Shown: piece by piece, positions 10,478-21,018 of the stretch
How positions within the stretch are numbered: the stretch's first letter is position 1
Layout: each line of letters begins with the position of its first letter
Source of the DNA: Chromatiales bacterium
GTDB lineage: Bacteria; Pseudomonadota; Gammaproteobacteria; RBG-16-57-12
Assembly: GCA_026989455.1 (NCBI GenBank)
Contig: JALSJH010000019.1
Coordinates: 14,596 to 78,595, forward strand
Direction: 5' to 3'
DNA: 64,000 nt
Position numbers and translations under genes: made by a program
Notes under the pieces: model-generated
Databases searched by the model: none
What the model saw: only the letters and a program-made list of their open reading frames with translations
What the model was told of the DNA's origin: nothing

Positions 10478-10888
10478 CTTAGGTATCTTGGTTGTTGAAT
10501 GCGTGGTAAGGGAAGCTCTAAATAAGTGATGATTATTACATGCCCGTATAGCCAGAGCCTATTTTTTTGTCATTTTGGGTTTAAATCTCCAAATAATTTA
10601 TGAATTAGGTACAATCGAGCTTGTTCCTTGATTTCATAAGGAATATTGAATCTGGATAATTCATGAATTATGCACAATATTACTTGTTTATTGCCTACAT
10701 GGACGCAGGTAAGAGGCGCTAGCAGGACGCGGTAGCTTTGACTCTGCAGAAAATATTTCCTCCATCGTCCGTAATCACGGATATGAAGCTCTTTCGGAAA
10801 TTCTCCTGTGAAGCCAATATCCTGCGTGTTTTTTGCACAAATTAATGAAATGTCGGGGTGGGTTGTTTCGTGGATGTACGGGTTTTTT

Positions 10889-11935
10889 ATGAAATACAAA
10901 AGTGAGATCTCCCCCCATAATCGCCAAGCGAGGGTGGGTGTGTTGTTGTTGAATTTGGGCACCCCGGATGCTCCGACTCCTTCGGCACTGCGCCGCTATC
11001 TGGCTGAGTTTTTGTGGGACCCTCGTGTTGTTGAAATGTCACGGCCGCTCTGGTGGCTGATTCTTCATGGCATTATATTGCGTACACGGCCCAAGCGGTC
11101 AGCAAAAGCTTACCAAACTATCTGGACTGAGCAGGGTGCACCACTGTTGGTGACTTCTCAGCAGCAGGTAGATGGCTTGCAGACGCGATTGCAACAGGAG
11201 GTTTCTCCTCATTTTGTTGTAGAGCTGGGGATGCGCTATGGTAATCCATCCATTGTCTCTGCTCTGGCGCGATTAAAAGAGGCGAATGTACAGCGCCTTG
11301 TGGTGTTGCCGCTCTACCCACAGTACTCGGCTGCGACGACAGCCTCTTGTTTTGATGTGATCTATCAGGAGTTACAGCGCTGGCGCTGGATTCCTGAGCT
11401 GCGTTTTATCAATGGCTATGCGGATCACCCGGCTTATATTTCGGCACTGGCCGATAGTGTTGAGAGCACCTGGCGGGCAGAGTCACGCAGTGACCTGCTA
11501 ATCTTCTCTTTCCACGGTACGCCGAAGCGCTATTTTGAAGCGGGTGATCCCTATTACTGTTTTTGTCAGAAAACGGCTCGCTTAGTTGCTGAGCGCTTGG
11601 GGTTGGAGGAGGGGGCTTATAAGGTGACCTTTCAATCCCGTTTTGGCAAAGAGCCGTGGTTGCAGCCTTATACGGATGAGGTGTTGGCCGCTCTGCCGTC
11701 TCAAGGGGTAAAGAGTGTAGCGGTTATCTGTCCGGGCTTTTCTGTTGATTGTCTGGAGACGATTGAAGAGATCGATGTGGAGAACCGTGAAATCTTTCTT
11801 ACCGCAGGTGGTGACTCATTTCAGTACATTCCAGCATTGAACGCTTCTTTCAATCATATAGATATGATGTTTCAGTTACTTCTTCAGCATACTGCGGGTT
11901 GGCCGTTATCGGAACAAGATAAATTGGCTGAGTGA
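10889..11935 (+). CDS. hemH: Ferrochelatase
   Basis: MKYKSEISPHNRQARVGVLLLNLGTPDAPTPSALRRYLAEFLWDPRVVE..., near-collinear with E. coli HemH. ATG at 10889 chosen; the track ORF extends upstream to 10808. Confidence 0.88.
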   Translation: MKYKSEISPHNRQARVGVLLLNLGTPDAPTPSALRRYLAEFLWDPRVVEMSRPLWWLILHGIILRTRPKRSAKAYQTIWTEQGAPLLVTSQQQVDGLQTRLQQEVSPHFVVELGMRYGNPSIVSALARLKEANVQRLVVLPLYPQYSAATTASCFDVIYQELQRWRWIPELRFINGYADHPAYISALADSVESTWRAESRSDLLIFSFHGTPKRYFEAGDPYYCFCQKTARLVAERLGLEEGAYKVTFQSRFGKEPWLQPYTDEVLAALPSQGVKSVAVICPGFSVDCLETIEEIDVENREIFLTAGGDSFQYIPALNASFNHIDMMFQLLLQHTAGWPLSEQDKLAE

Positions 11936-11961
11936 TCGAAAACAGGCCTAGGGTTTGAAAT

Positions 11962-14361
11962 ATGGATACTACCGTGGATAAAACAGAGCTACCGTACCCC
12001 TCATTACTAATCGAAGATAGTGACATCGCCGTGGGGCCGAAAAGTGCCATTATTGTCACCCTCATCAGTGGTAAAAAACTAAAAGGCCGTCTGGTTGAGT
12101 TTCTACCCAACTCACCCACCATGGCGGTTGCTGGAAAAGGTGATGAAAAGCTGATTGTTCACCTAGGGTTGATCAAGACGCTAACCTTCCCAACCAAACG
12201 TAATAGAAAAACACGTCAACCTGCGCTTGATGAAACTCAGGGCATCGAAATGCCGCCCAGCAGCCAGCCCTTCAAGATTGTTTTTAATGATGGTAGTGAG
12301 GTGAAAGGGGAGACCTTGGGTTACCGCCCTGATCAGCACGGTTTGCACCTTTTCCCACTGGTTGATGAAAATCTTTTTATTCAAACATTCTATTCACACC
12401 GGGCGATAAAAAGTTACCAAGTGGGTGATTTCTTGGGTGAACTGCTGTTGAAGGATGGGCTGGTTACCGAGAGTGATTTGCAGCAGGCGGTCGAAACGCA
12501 ATCGAGTGATCGCAAACAGCAGCTGGGTGATTATCTGGTCGGTAGCGCCATCGTTTCAAGCGAAGATTTGCAAAAAGCACTCCTGCGTCAACGCTCTATG
12601 CCCAACATGCGCCTAGGCGAAATCTTAGTTAGCGAAGGGTTGGTAAGTGATGCGCAAATTGATGAGGCGCTGGACGCTCAGAAGGTAGATCGTGGTCGCC
12701 CGCTGGGGGAGATTCTGGTCAGTCAGGGGGTGGTTGAACAAATTGATATTCAGCGCAGCCTGGCTAAAAAACTGGGTATCCCCTTTGTTAATCTGGCTGA
12801 TTATCAAATACCCCCCGATGTGATTCAACGGCTGGATGAGGGGGTGGTGAGAGAGCTAGAGGTGATCCCCATCAGCATGTTTGAGGGGCGCTTGGTGATC
12901 GCCATGGAAAACCCGATGGATCGTGAGGCGATTGAGGTTATCCGCTTTAACTGTAACGTCACCGTTGAGGCGGTGATGGCGGATGTGGCAGGAATTAGAA
13001 AAGCGATCGATTTTTATTACTCGGCGGCGGCTGGGAGCGAATTTTCTGATCTTGAAATAGAGGATGATGGGCTGGATGATGACCTGCACAGCCAGGAGCT
13101 GGAGCAGAATTTATCGGATAACCTAGTGGTTAAAATGGTGAATAAAATTGTTATTGATGCCCATGCCCAAGGGGTTTCCGATATTCACATTGAGCCTTAT
13201 CCAGGTAAAAACAAAACCATTATCCGTTTTCGAAAAGATGGCTCTCTGTTGGAGTATGTACAACTCCCCTCCCAATATAAAAACGCCCTGGTTGCCCGTA
13301 TTAAAGTGATGGCGCTGCTGGATATTTCCGAAAAGCGCCACCCTCAGGATGGAAAAATTGATTTTAAAAAGTTTGGGCCATTAAAAATAGAGCTGCGGGT
13401 TGCCACCGTGCCAACAGCCGCTGGCCTAGAAGATGTGGTGATGCGTATTCTAGCGGCAGGGGACCCCATTCCGCTGGATAAACTGGGCGTTAGCGACCAC
13501 AACCTAGTGCGACTCAAATCATTAATCGCCAAACCCTACGGAATGATCTTCGTTTGTGGCCCGACTGGGTCGGGTAAAACGACGACGTTGCACTCTATTC
13601 TCGGCCACATCAATGTCCCTGAGCGTAAGATTTGGACGGCTGAAGATCCGGTCGAAATTACTCAGGCCGGACTCCGGCAGGTGCAGATCAACCCAAAAGG
13701 TGGCCTCACCTTTGCCGATGCGATGCGCGCATTTCTGCGGGCAGACCCCGATGTAATTATGGTGGGTGAGATGCGTGATAAAGAGACCACCGGCATGGGT
13801 ATCGAGGCTTCTTTGACCGGGCACTTGGTCTTTTCAACACTTCACACCAACAGTGCGACGGAGAGTATTGTGCGTCTGCTGGATATGGGGATGGATCCCT
13901 TTAACTTCTCCGATGCGCTACTGGGTGTTTTGGCACAGCGACTGGCTAAACGCCTCTGCTCGGAGTGCAAACAGGCCTATCACCCCGATGAATCTGAGTT
14001 GAACGGACTGCTGGATGAGTATTGTAGCGACCTACCCACTGAGGGTGATGAAGTACCGCAACCGAAAGTGCTGGCCGAATGGCAGGCGCAGTTTCTGGAT
14101 AAAGAGGGGAAATTCACCCTCTATAAAGCGATTGGCTGTGATCACTGCAACGATACAGGGTACGCCGGGCGCTTGGGGCTGCATGAGTTGCTGGTAAGTA
14201 GTGATGATATTAAACGGGCTATTATCAGTAAAATGCCGATTGTTGACTTGACCCGCTTAGCGATGACAGAGGGGTTGCGCACACTGCTGCAGGATGGCAT
14301 TGAAAAAGTGCTGCAAGGGACAACGGATATACACTGCATTCGTGCGGTGTGTAGCAAGTAG
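11962..14361 (+). CDS. Orphan GspE/PilB/MshE-family secretion ATPase with tandem MshEN c-di-GMP-binding motifs and an N-terminal tandem beta-repeat domain
   Basis: 799 aa. C-terminal secretion-ATPase core (Walker A VCGPTGSGKTTTL, DPDVIMVGEMRD, tetracysteine C-x2-C...C-x2-C). Residues about 157-270 hold four 24-aa motifs at 30-aa period, each matching RLGxxhhxxGhhxxxxhxxhLxxQ (FLGELLLKDGLVTESDLQQAVETQ / QLGDYLVGSAIVSSEDLQKALLRQ / RLGEILVSEGLVSDAQIDEALDAQ / PLGEILVSQGVVEQIDIQRSLAKK). Residues 1-150 are two similar about 65-aa repeats (…VTLISGKKLKGRLVEF… / …KIVFNDGSEVKGETLGY…). Confidence 0.85.
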   Translation: MDTTVDKTELPYPSLLIEDSDIAVGPKSAIIVTLISGKKLKGRLVEFLPNSPTMAVAGKGDEKLIVHLGLIKTLTFPTKRNRKTRQPALDETQGIEMPPSSQPFKIVFNDGSEVKGETLGYRPDQHGLHLFPLVDENLFIQTFYSHRAIKSYQVGDFLGELLLKDGLVTESDLQQAVETQSSDRKQQLGDYLVGSAIVSSEDLQKALLRQRSMPNMRLGEILVSEGLVSDAQIDEALDAQKVDRGRPLGEILVSQGVVEQIDIQRSLAKKLGIPFVNLADYQIPPDVIQRLDEGVVRELEVIPISMFEGRLVIAMENPMDREAIEVIRFNCNVTVEAVMADVAGIRKAIDFYYSAAAGSEFSDLEIEDDGLDDDLHSQELEQNLSDNLVVKMVNKIVIDAHAQGVSDIHIEPYPGKNKTIIRFRKDGSLLEYVQLPSQYKNALVARIKVMALLDISEKRHPQDGKIDFKKFGPLKIELRVATVPTAAGLEDVVMRILAAGDPIPLDKLGVSDHNLVRLKSLIAKPYGMIFVCGPTGSGKTTTLHSILGHINVPERKIWTAEDPVEITQAGLRQVQINPKGGLTFADAMRAFLRADPDVIMVGEMRDKETTGMGIEASLTGHLVFSTLHTNSATESIVRLLDMGMDPFNFSDALLGVLAQRLAKRLCSECKQAYHPDESELNGLLDEYCSDLPTEGDEVPQPKVLAEWQAQFLDKEGKFTLYKAIGCDHCNDTGYAGRLGLHELLVSSDDIKRAIISKMPIVDLTRLAMTEGLRTLLQDGIEKVLQGTTDIHCIRAVCSK

Positions 14362-14373
14362 TGGAATTTTAGT

Positions 14374-15033
14374 ATGATCAAGTGGCAGCAGGTTGATACT
14401 GTCATGCTGGATATGGATGGCACCTTGTTGGATCTCAACTTCGACAACACCTTTTGGCAGCAACAACTGCCAAAGTATTACGCAAAAAAACATCAGCTCA
14501 GTTTTGAAGCCGCGCGTCATGAGCTGATGACGCGCTATGCACAACATAAAGGCACGCTCCAGTGGTATTGCCTTGATTATTGGCGAAAAAACTTAGATAT
14601 TGATTTGATGATGCTGAAAAAGCAAACCACCCACCTTATTAAAGTGCTACCCCATGCTATTGAGTTTATCGATCGGCTGCGCCAAGCGGGTAAACGGGTT
14701 TTATTGGTGACCAATGCACACCCGGATAATTTGGTGCTAAAAATGGAGGTGACACAGCTCCACCATCACTTTGATGAGATTGTCTGTTCCCACGATTACG
14801 GGTATTGCAAAGAGGAGCAGCGTTTTTGGTCCTCTTTTAAGCAGCAACACGGATTTGATGCCGCTCGCTCGTTGATGGTGGATGATAATCTACAGGTACT
14901 AGCTAGTGCGCAGAAGTATGGCATTGCGCAACTCTTGGCGGTGCGCAAACCGGATAGCTCTCGACCAGAAAATAGTGTTGTTGAATACCCTTCCGTAAGT
15001 GATTTTTCTGAAATTATACCCACCATTGGTTAA
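14374..15033 (+). CDS. yrfG: HAD-family GMP/IMP nucleotidase (YrfG-like)
   Basis: 219 aa. WQQVDTVMLDMDGTLLDLNFDNTFWQQ, then LLVTNAHPDNLVLKME and FDEIVCSHDYGYCKEEQRFW; aligns along E. coli YrfG. Confidence 0.75.
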   Translation: MIKWQQVDTVMLDMDGTLLDLNFDNTFWQQQLPKYYAKKHQLSFEAARHELMTRYAQHKGTLQWYCLDYWRKNLDIDLMMLKKQTTHLIKVLPHAIEFIDRLRQAGKRVLLVTNAHPDNLVLKMEVTQLHHHFDEIVCSHDYGYCKEEQRFWSSFKQQHGFDAARSLMVDDNLQVLASAQKYGIAQLLAVRKPDSSRPENSVVEYPSVSDFSEIIPTIG

Positions 15034-15052
15034 CCGCAAGGTTTAAGCTGTA

Positions 15053-16710
<1,658 letters not shown>

Positions 16711-16727
16711 GATTTACGTTGCACCCA

Positions 16728-16757
16728 GATCCTGCAAGCACGATCACTTGCAGGATC
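16728..16757 (+). terminator. Perfect 11-bp stem hairpin (GATCCTGCAAG-N8-CTTGCAGGATC) between murU and gacA
   Basis: Read directly. Starts 18 nt after the murU stop. No U-tract follows, so it may equally be a regulatory hairpin or operator. Confidence 0.4.
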
Positions 16758-16786
16758 TAGGTCGCACCTTAAAATGGATGGGCTAT

Positions 16787-17425
16787 ATGATTCGGGTAAT
16801 GATCGTTGATGATCATGGATTAGTCAGGGCGGGGCTGGCACGCGTGCTGGATGATGCCCCTGATATTGAGGTGGTTGCCGAGGCAAACTGTGGTGAAGTT
16901 GCGCTGAGTTCCGCCGTGCAGGCGCACCCTGATGTGGTTTTGATGGATATCAACATGCCGGGTATCGGCGGTATGGAGGCGACCACAAAATTACTCCAAA
17001 TACAGCCAAACCTGAAAATTATTATTGTGACGGTGCATGCCGATGGCCCCTTTCCCAATAAGCTGCTGCAAGCGGGTGCAGTGGGTTACCTTACTAAAGG
17101 GTGCGCCTGTGAAGAGATGATTCAAGCGATTCGCACCGTCTTTGAGGGGCGACCCTATGTCGCCCGCTGTGTGGCACAAAATATTGCACTTTCACATAAA
17201 AAACAAACCGAGGTCTCTCCTTTTGAGTTGTTGTCACAACGTGAATTGCAGGTTGTGATGATGTTGACCCAGGGGCTGAGTGGGCAGGATATCTCTGATC
17301 GGCTCAGCCTTAGCCCTAAAACTGTCAGTACCTATCGGTGTCGAGTCTATGAAAAGCTAAAAATAGGCAGTGATGTGGAGCTGATGCAGTTGGCACTAGA
17401 GCATAATTTGCTGGAGGAGGAGTAG
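16787..17425 (+). CDS. gacA: Response regulator GacA/UvrY (NarL/FixJ family)
   Basis: MIRVMIVDDHGLVRAGLARVLDD... aligns along E. coli UvrY / Pseudomonas GacA, including the C-terminal LuxR HTH. ATG at 16787 preferred over the track start at 16748. Confidence 0.8.
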   Translation: MIRVMIVDDHGLVRAGLARVLDDAPDIEVVAEANCGEVALSSAVQAHPDVVLMDINMPGIGGMEATTKLLQIQPNLKIIIVTVHADGPFPNKLLQAGAVGYLTKGCACEEMIQAIRTVFEGRPYVARCVAQNIALSHKKQTEVSPFELLSQRELQVVMMLTQGLSGQDISDRLSLSPKTVSTYRCRVYEKLKIGSDVELMQLALEHNLLEEE

Positions 17426-17522
17426 CCTCTCCTCAGCTTCTATTTCAGTGATATATGGCCTGCAAGCATTTGCCATTTCATGTAAACTTCGTTAATCGAA
17501 ATAGCTATCAAGGGGTAGGGTT

Positions 17523-17942
17523 ATGGTGTACCTGAAAAATAGTGGATTGGTTTTTCTATTTGTATTGCTCAGTGGCTGTTCTGGAATGACACCTGATCAG
17601 GTAGTGAGCGAGATCTATGGTGATTCGGGTGAAGATGGTCAACTCTATCAAAAGCTGTCTAAACTACAGTTTCAATTAGATGCTCTGACACAGCAAGCTC
17701 ACTGTAGCTCAGATTTTGAGTGCCAGACAATCGGTGTCGGTACCAAGCCTTGCGGGGGCGCTCGCTACTATTTTGCTTACTCGATTACATCTTCAGATGT
17801 GACCCAAATCACCAGTGTGGCGCGGGAGTATGATATTACAGACAATAAACTTGATCACCGGCTTGAGCGAGTTGATAAGTGTGCAATTGGCGTTGACCCA
17901 GGAGCCAGTTGTCGTAATTTGATCTGTACCTTGAACTATTAA
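17523..17942 (+). CDS. Cys-rich lipoprotein, unknown function
   Basis: 139 aa. Lipobox LLSGC|S. Six further Cys (CSSDFECQ, KPCGG, KCAIG, ASCRNLIC). Confidence 0.55.
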   Translation: MVYLKNSGLVFLFVLLSGCSGMTPDQVVSEIYGDSGEDGQLYQKLSKLQFQLDALTQQAHCSSDFECQTIGVGTKPCGGARYYFAYSITSSDVTQITSVAREYDITDNKLDHRLERVDKCAIGVDPGASCRNLICTLNY

Positions 17943-17969
17943 CCCATTTCATTGGGTGGGCACTTTCTA

Positions 17970-18536
17970 CTAGCGTATACCCCAGCGCTCACGCAGTGCT
18001 TTGAATACTTTGTTGGGGTAGCGAAAGCTGCCCAAGCTTCCATTGTAGCGCGCCAGGGCACGGCTGAGCTGCCCCTTCTCTCGATCAAGGTAGTGCCGAA
18101 GAATGGTGCAGCCGAAACGAAGATTGGTGGATATATCAAACAGGTTATCATCCGGTCGTTCCAGCTCATCTAACCAGAACGGCATAATCTGCATCAAGCC
18201 TCGGGCACCCGCAGATGAGATCGCCCAGCGATTAAAGTTACTCTCCACCTCAATGACCGCTAACACCAACTCGGGCTGTAATCCGGCAATTTTTGCTTCT
18301 TGATGAATCATCTTCAGGAGACTGATGCGCTTTTCATGGTCAGGAATGCGCCGGGCAAGGCGGGATGACATATCGTGCAGCCACACTTCCGCGTCAAATC
18401 GATCATCAAAGCTGTGAACATCAGAGACCGCTTTACTCAATAACTCAAGCAGTTCAGGTTCGGGGTAGTCTGTTTTTGCATGGAGCTGAGTTGAAAACAT
18501 CAGCAGTAATAGAGCACCGCTCGCTATGTTGATCAT
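17970..18536 (-). CDS. Lytic transglycosylase, SLT-domain (MltE/EmtA-like)
   Basis: SLT catalytic motif AVIEVESNFNRWAISSAGARGLMQIMPF with a signal peptide. Start set at MINIASGALLLL (18536); the track ORF extends to 18584. Confidence 0.75.
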   Translation of the reverse strand: MINIASGALLLLMFSTQLHAKTDYPEPELLELLSKAVSDVHSFDDRFDAEVWLHDMSSRLARRIPDHEKRISLLKMIHQEAKIAGLQPELVLAVIEVESNFNRWAISSAGARGLMQIMPFWLDELERPDDNLFDISTNLRFGCTILRHYLDREKGQLSRALARYNGSLGSFRYPNKVFKALRERWGIR

Positions 18537-18674
18537 CTGACGAACTTTGGGTGGCTTGTAGTACAACATAAAATTCTCGCACATCTGTTTGGCTACTCTA
18601 CTGCTTTAAAAGCGGCTACTTTACCGAAAACTATAAATGAGTTGCTATCGGTATGGCAAAAATTCCTTCATCGC

Positions 18675-19856
18675 TTAGCCCGGTCGCCCATCGACGCGTG
18701 CCTTTAGCAGTATTGGCGTGTAGAACCCGATGAAAATGAGAAAGCTTAAGCACCATGCCGCCGCCGCAAGCCCCAGTGGCCAATGATAACTGAGTGGTAG
18801 CAGTGGCGCGAATACGCGAATCAAAGCGGCCAAGTTTATTAAGACAAAAGCGTAAACCAGTGCCGGATGGGGAAGTCGCATCTCACGGCCAGTGTGACCC
18901 ACGGCCACGCGGGCCATCATCCCTAGGGAAAGAACCCCCAGTGCGCCTACAAAATAGGCGTGCAATGCCCAGGATAATGGCATGACACCGTACATGGCGA
19001 GTGCGTGCAGTGCAAAGCCAATAACCAGCCACAAATAACCCAGCCACAACACCCAAATTAATGGCTCGCGCCACAGCTGGTGGGTATACCACCCCAATAG
19101 ACGAACCAGATGAACAGCCGCCGCAAACAGAGCCGCCAGGCTGATGAGTGTGGAGCTAGAAGAGAGTTGTGCGAAGATCAGCAATACCAACGTGGCTGGG
19201 CTGAGAAACTCAATAATTCGCCAACTCTTCCGCTTGAAACCCTGCGTGGCACGCTCGATAAAAAAGGGAACCACTCGCCCCGCCATGATAACCAGAATCC
19301 ATAACATCAGCAGCGCGGCGATGGTGTTGTTGCGTTGAATGTCGGTCTCAATCATCCCCAGCATGGCCAAGTGAATGAATAGGTTGGCACCACCAATGAG
19401 TAACAGTAAGAGTGGAAATACCTGGTTGTTATGCTGGCGGCTACGCCAGATGGGGATGGCGATCAGCAGTGCGAGGAGTGGCGCAAATAGCAGGTCGAGT
19501 GTGGCGGTGATGAGTATGGGCAGCTCGAAGAGTGGCGCGATGCGCGCTGCTAGCCACAACAGAAACAGCATGGCCAGTGGTGTACCACTTGGTGTGGGTT
19601 GATTGGTCCAGTTTTTAACCGCAGTGAGCAGAAAGCCCGCAATCACCGCCATCACATAGCCAAATAACATTTCGTGGCGATGCCAAGCGATATTATCAGC
19701 GTAATAGGGTGAAATTAGCCACGCCTGCCCAAGCTGGCTGAGCCAGAAAGGGAAGATGATGAGTGCAAACACGCCAGCTGCCCAAAAAAAGGGCCTAAAA
19801 CCGAGTGCAAAGGGAGTGTAACCGGTAATAGGGTCGTGGGGGCGTTCGATTTGCAT
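18675..19856 (-). CDS. nnrS: NnrS family heme-copper membrane protein (NO-stress associated)
   Basis: 393 aa polytopic membrane protein. N-terminus FALGFRPFFWAAGVFALIIFPFW is typical of NnrS. Conserved His in TM helices. Confidence 0.7.
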   Translation of the reverse strand: MQIERPHDPITGYTPFALGFRPFFWAAGVFALIIFPFWLSQLGQAWLISPYYADNIAWHRHEMLFGYVMAVIAGFLLTAVKNWTNQPTPSGTPLAMLFLLWLAARIAPLFELPILITATLDLLFAPLLALLIAIPIWRSRQHNNQVFPLLLLLIGGANLFIHLAMLGMIETDIQRNNTIAALLMLWILVIMAGRVVPFFIERATQGFKRKSWRIIEFLSPATLVLLIFAQLSSSSTLISLAALFAAAVHLVRLLGWYTHQLWREPLIWVLWLGYLWLVIGFALHALAMYGVMPLSWALHAYFVGALGVLSLGMMARVAVGHTGREMRLPHPALVYAFVLINLAALIRVFAPLLPLSYHWPLGLAAAAWCLSFLIFIGFYTPILLKARVDGRPG

Positions 19857-19939
19857 GGTAGATAAATAACCTCAAAGTAGCCCGGCAGGCGCATAGTGAT
19901 TGCTATTTCCACTATAGCATTTAATCAATATGAGATGTT

Positions 19940-19953
19940 TTGATGCAGGTCAA
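19940..19953 (-). promoter_or_regulatory. FNR/Dnr/NnrR-type box TTGAT-N4-GTCAA upstream of nnrS
   Basis: TTGATGCAGGTCAA lies about 85-98 bp upstream of the nnrS start codon, a position compatible with class II activation at -41.5. Confidence 0.4.
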
Positions 19954-19995
19954 TTTATTAGAGCTTAGAGCGCCCCTTATGCGAATTCAGGGAGG

Positions 19996-20880
19996 TTAAA
20001 AATCATGGGTAGTGGTTTGATTGGCGATCACGGTCACATGGGTGGTACCGATGTAGTTGAGTATTTCACTGCTGGTTGGAAGATCATTTGTAGCATCGCA
20101 GACAAAGCTGATGGTGTAGTCACCTTCCGGGAGAAATCCGAGGCCGTACTGGTAGGTGGTATCGGTGAGGAGCGAGGTTGTAATGGGTTCAACCCCCATA
20201 TTATCAACATCATCTGGCTCGACATTTTGTCCGGAATAAGCGTATACCGCATAGCTTGTTCCGGTGCAACTCGCATCATTCATGGTAGTGCCACTCACAG
20301 TACCTTGGATGTGGCCACTGCGCTTAGTCATTATCTGTCGAAGCACGGGCTTTAAGGTGTAGTTTACATCGGGTAACTGCGGTGCGGTGATGGACTTTCT
20401 CAGGTCAAAGTCGATGGTGATATAGGTATCGCTGCTGTCAGAGATAGAGAAACTCCGGTTGAGTCGAAGACCACTTTCGCTGCCGCTGGGCATATAGAGT
20501 GAGTAGCTGCCACCGTTTGCTTCAATATAGGAGTCTTGGGTGTTCTCAAGTGCATTTACTTTAAGGCGCATCCAGCTATAGGTGCCTGCTTCGATGGGTT
20601 TGTTGTCTAATAGCAGCTCAAATTGACTCCCCTGTAGAGCCAGTAGGTTGATTTTTTTGGGTGCATCAAAATCGATGCTGAATTGGTTTGCTGATGCTGA
20701 GAGTGGCTTGAACTCAATGCCGCTAAATTCGATCCAGACAGCGCTAACATCATCCACCGCCGCATCGGTAATGGCGAGGGTGAGTCCACCATCATTTACG
20801 CTAAGGTCTGGGCCACTACCGCAGCTGATTAACAGGGCACCGGCCACTAGGTAGCCAACGGTTTTTGTTGTTACGAGCAT
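19996..20880 (-). CDS. DUF4382-like lipoprotein
   Basis: Lipobox ALLISCGS, then GGLTLAITDAAVDDVSAVWIEF, typical of the DUF4382 N-terminus. Start set at MLVTTK (20880); the track ORF extends to 20919. Confidence 0.6.
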   Translation of the reverse strand: MLVTTKTVGYLVAGALLISCGSGPDLSVNDGGLTLAITDAAVDDVSAVWIEFSGIEFKPLSASANQFSIDFDAPKKINLLALQGSQFELLLDNKPIEAGTYSWMRLKVNALENTQDSYIEANGGSYSLYMPSGSESGLRLNRSFSISDSSDTYITIDFDLRKSITAPQLPDVNYTLKPVLRQIMTKRSGHIQGTVSGTTMNDASCTGTSYAVYAYSGQNVEPDDVDNMGVEPITTSLLTDTTYQYGLGFLPEGDYTISFVCDATNDLPTSSEILNYIGTTHVTVIANQTTTHDF

Positions 20881-21018
20881 CTTACCTATTCCTGTTTCAT
20901 ATACCCGCCACGTTAACATATATTTAACGCATCCAGTGAAGGGGTTTGCATCTCTGCCACTGCGGTATGTTAGAATCGGCGTTTTGCCCCGCTACATTAG
21001 AAGAATATAGAGGAGAGG

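Noticed and set aside
10651-10673. Fur box in GATAATTCATGAATTATGC upstream of hemH
   Set aside because: Base-by-base comparison to GATAATGATAATCATTATC matches only the first hexamer. It is a different palindrome and is reported as an unassigned operator instead.
10570-10962. 130-aa ORF on the minus strand in the psd/hemH intergenic region
   Set aside because: Lies across the AT-rich promoter region and the hemH 5' end. Low-complexity translation, no SD, and overlaps the operator-like palindromes. Treated as spurious.
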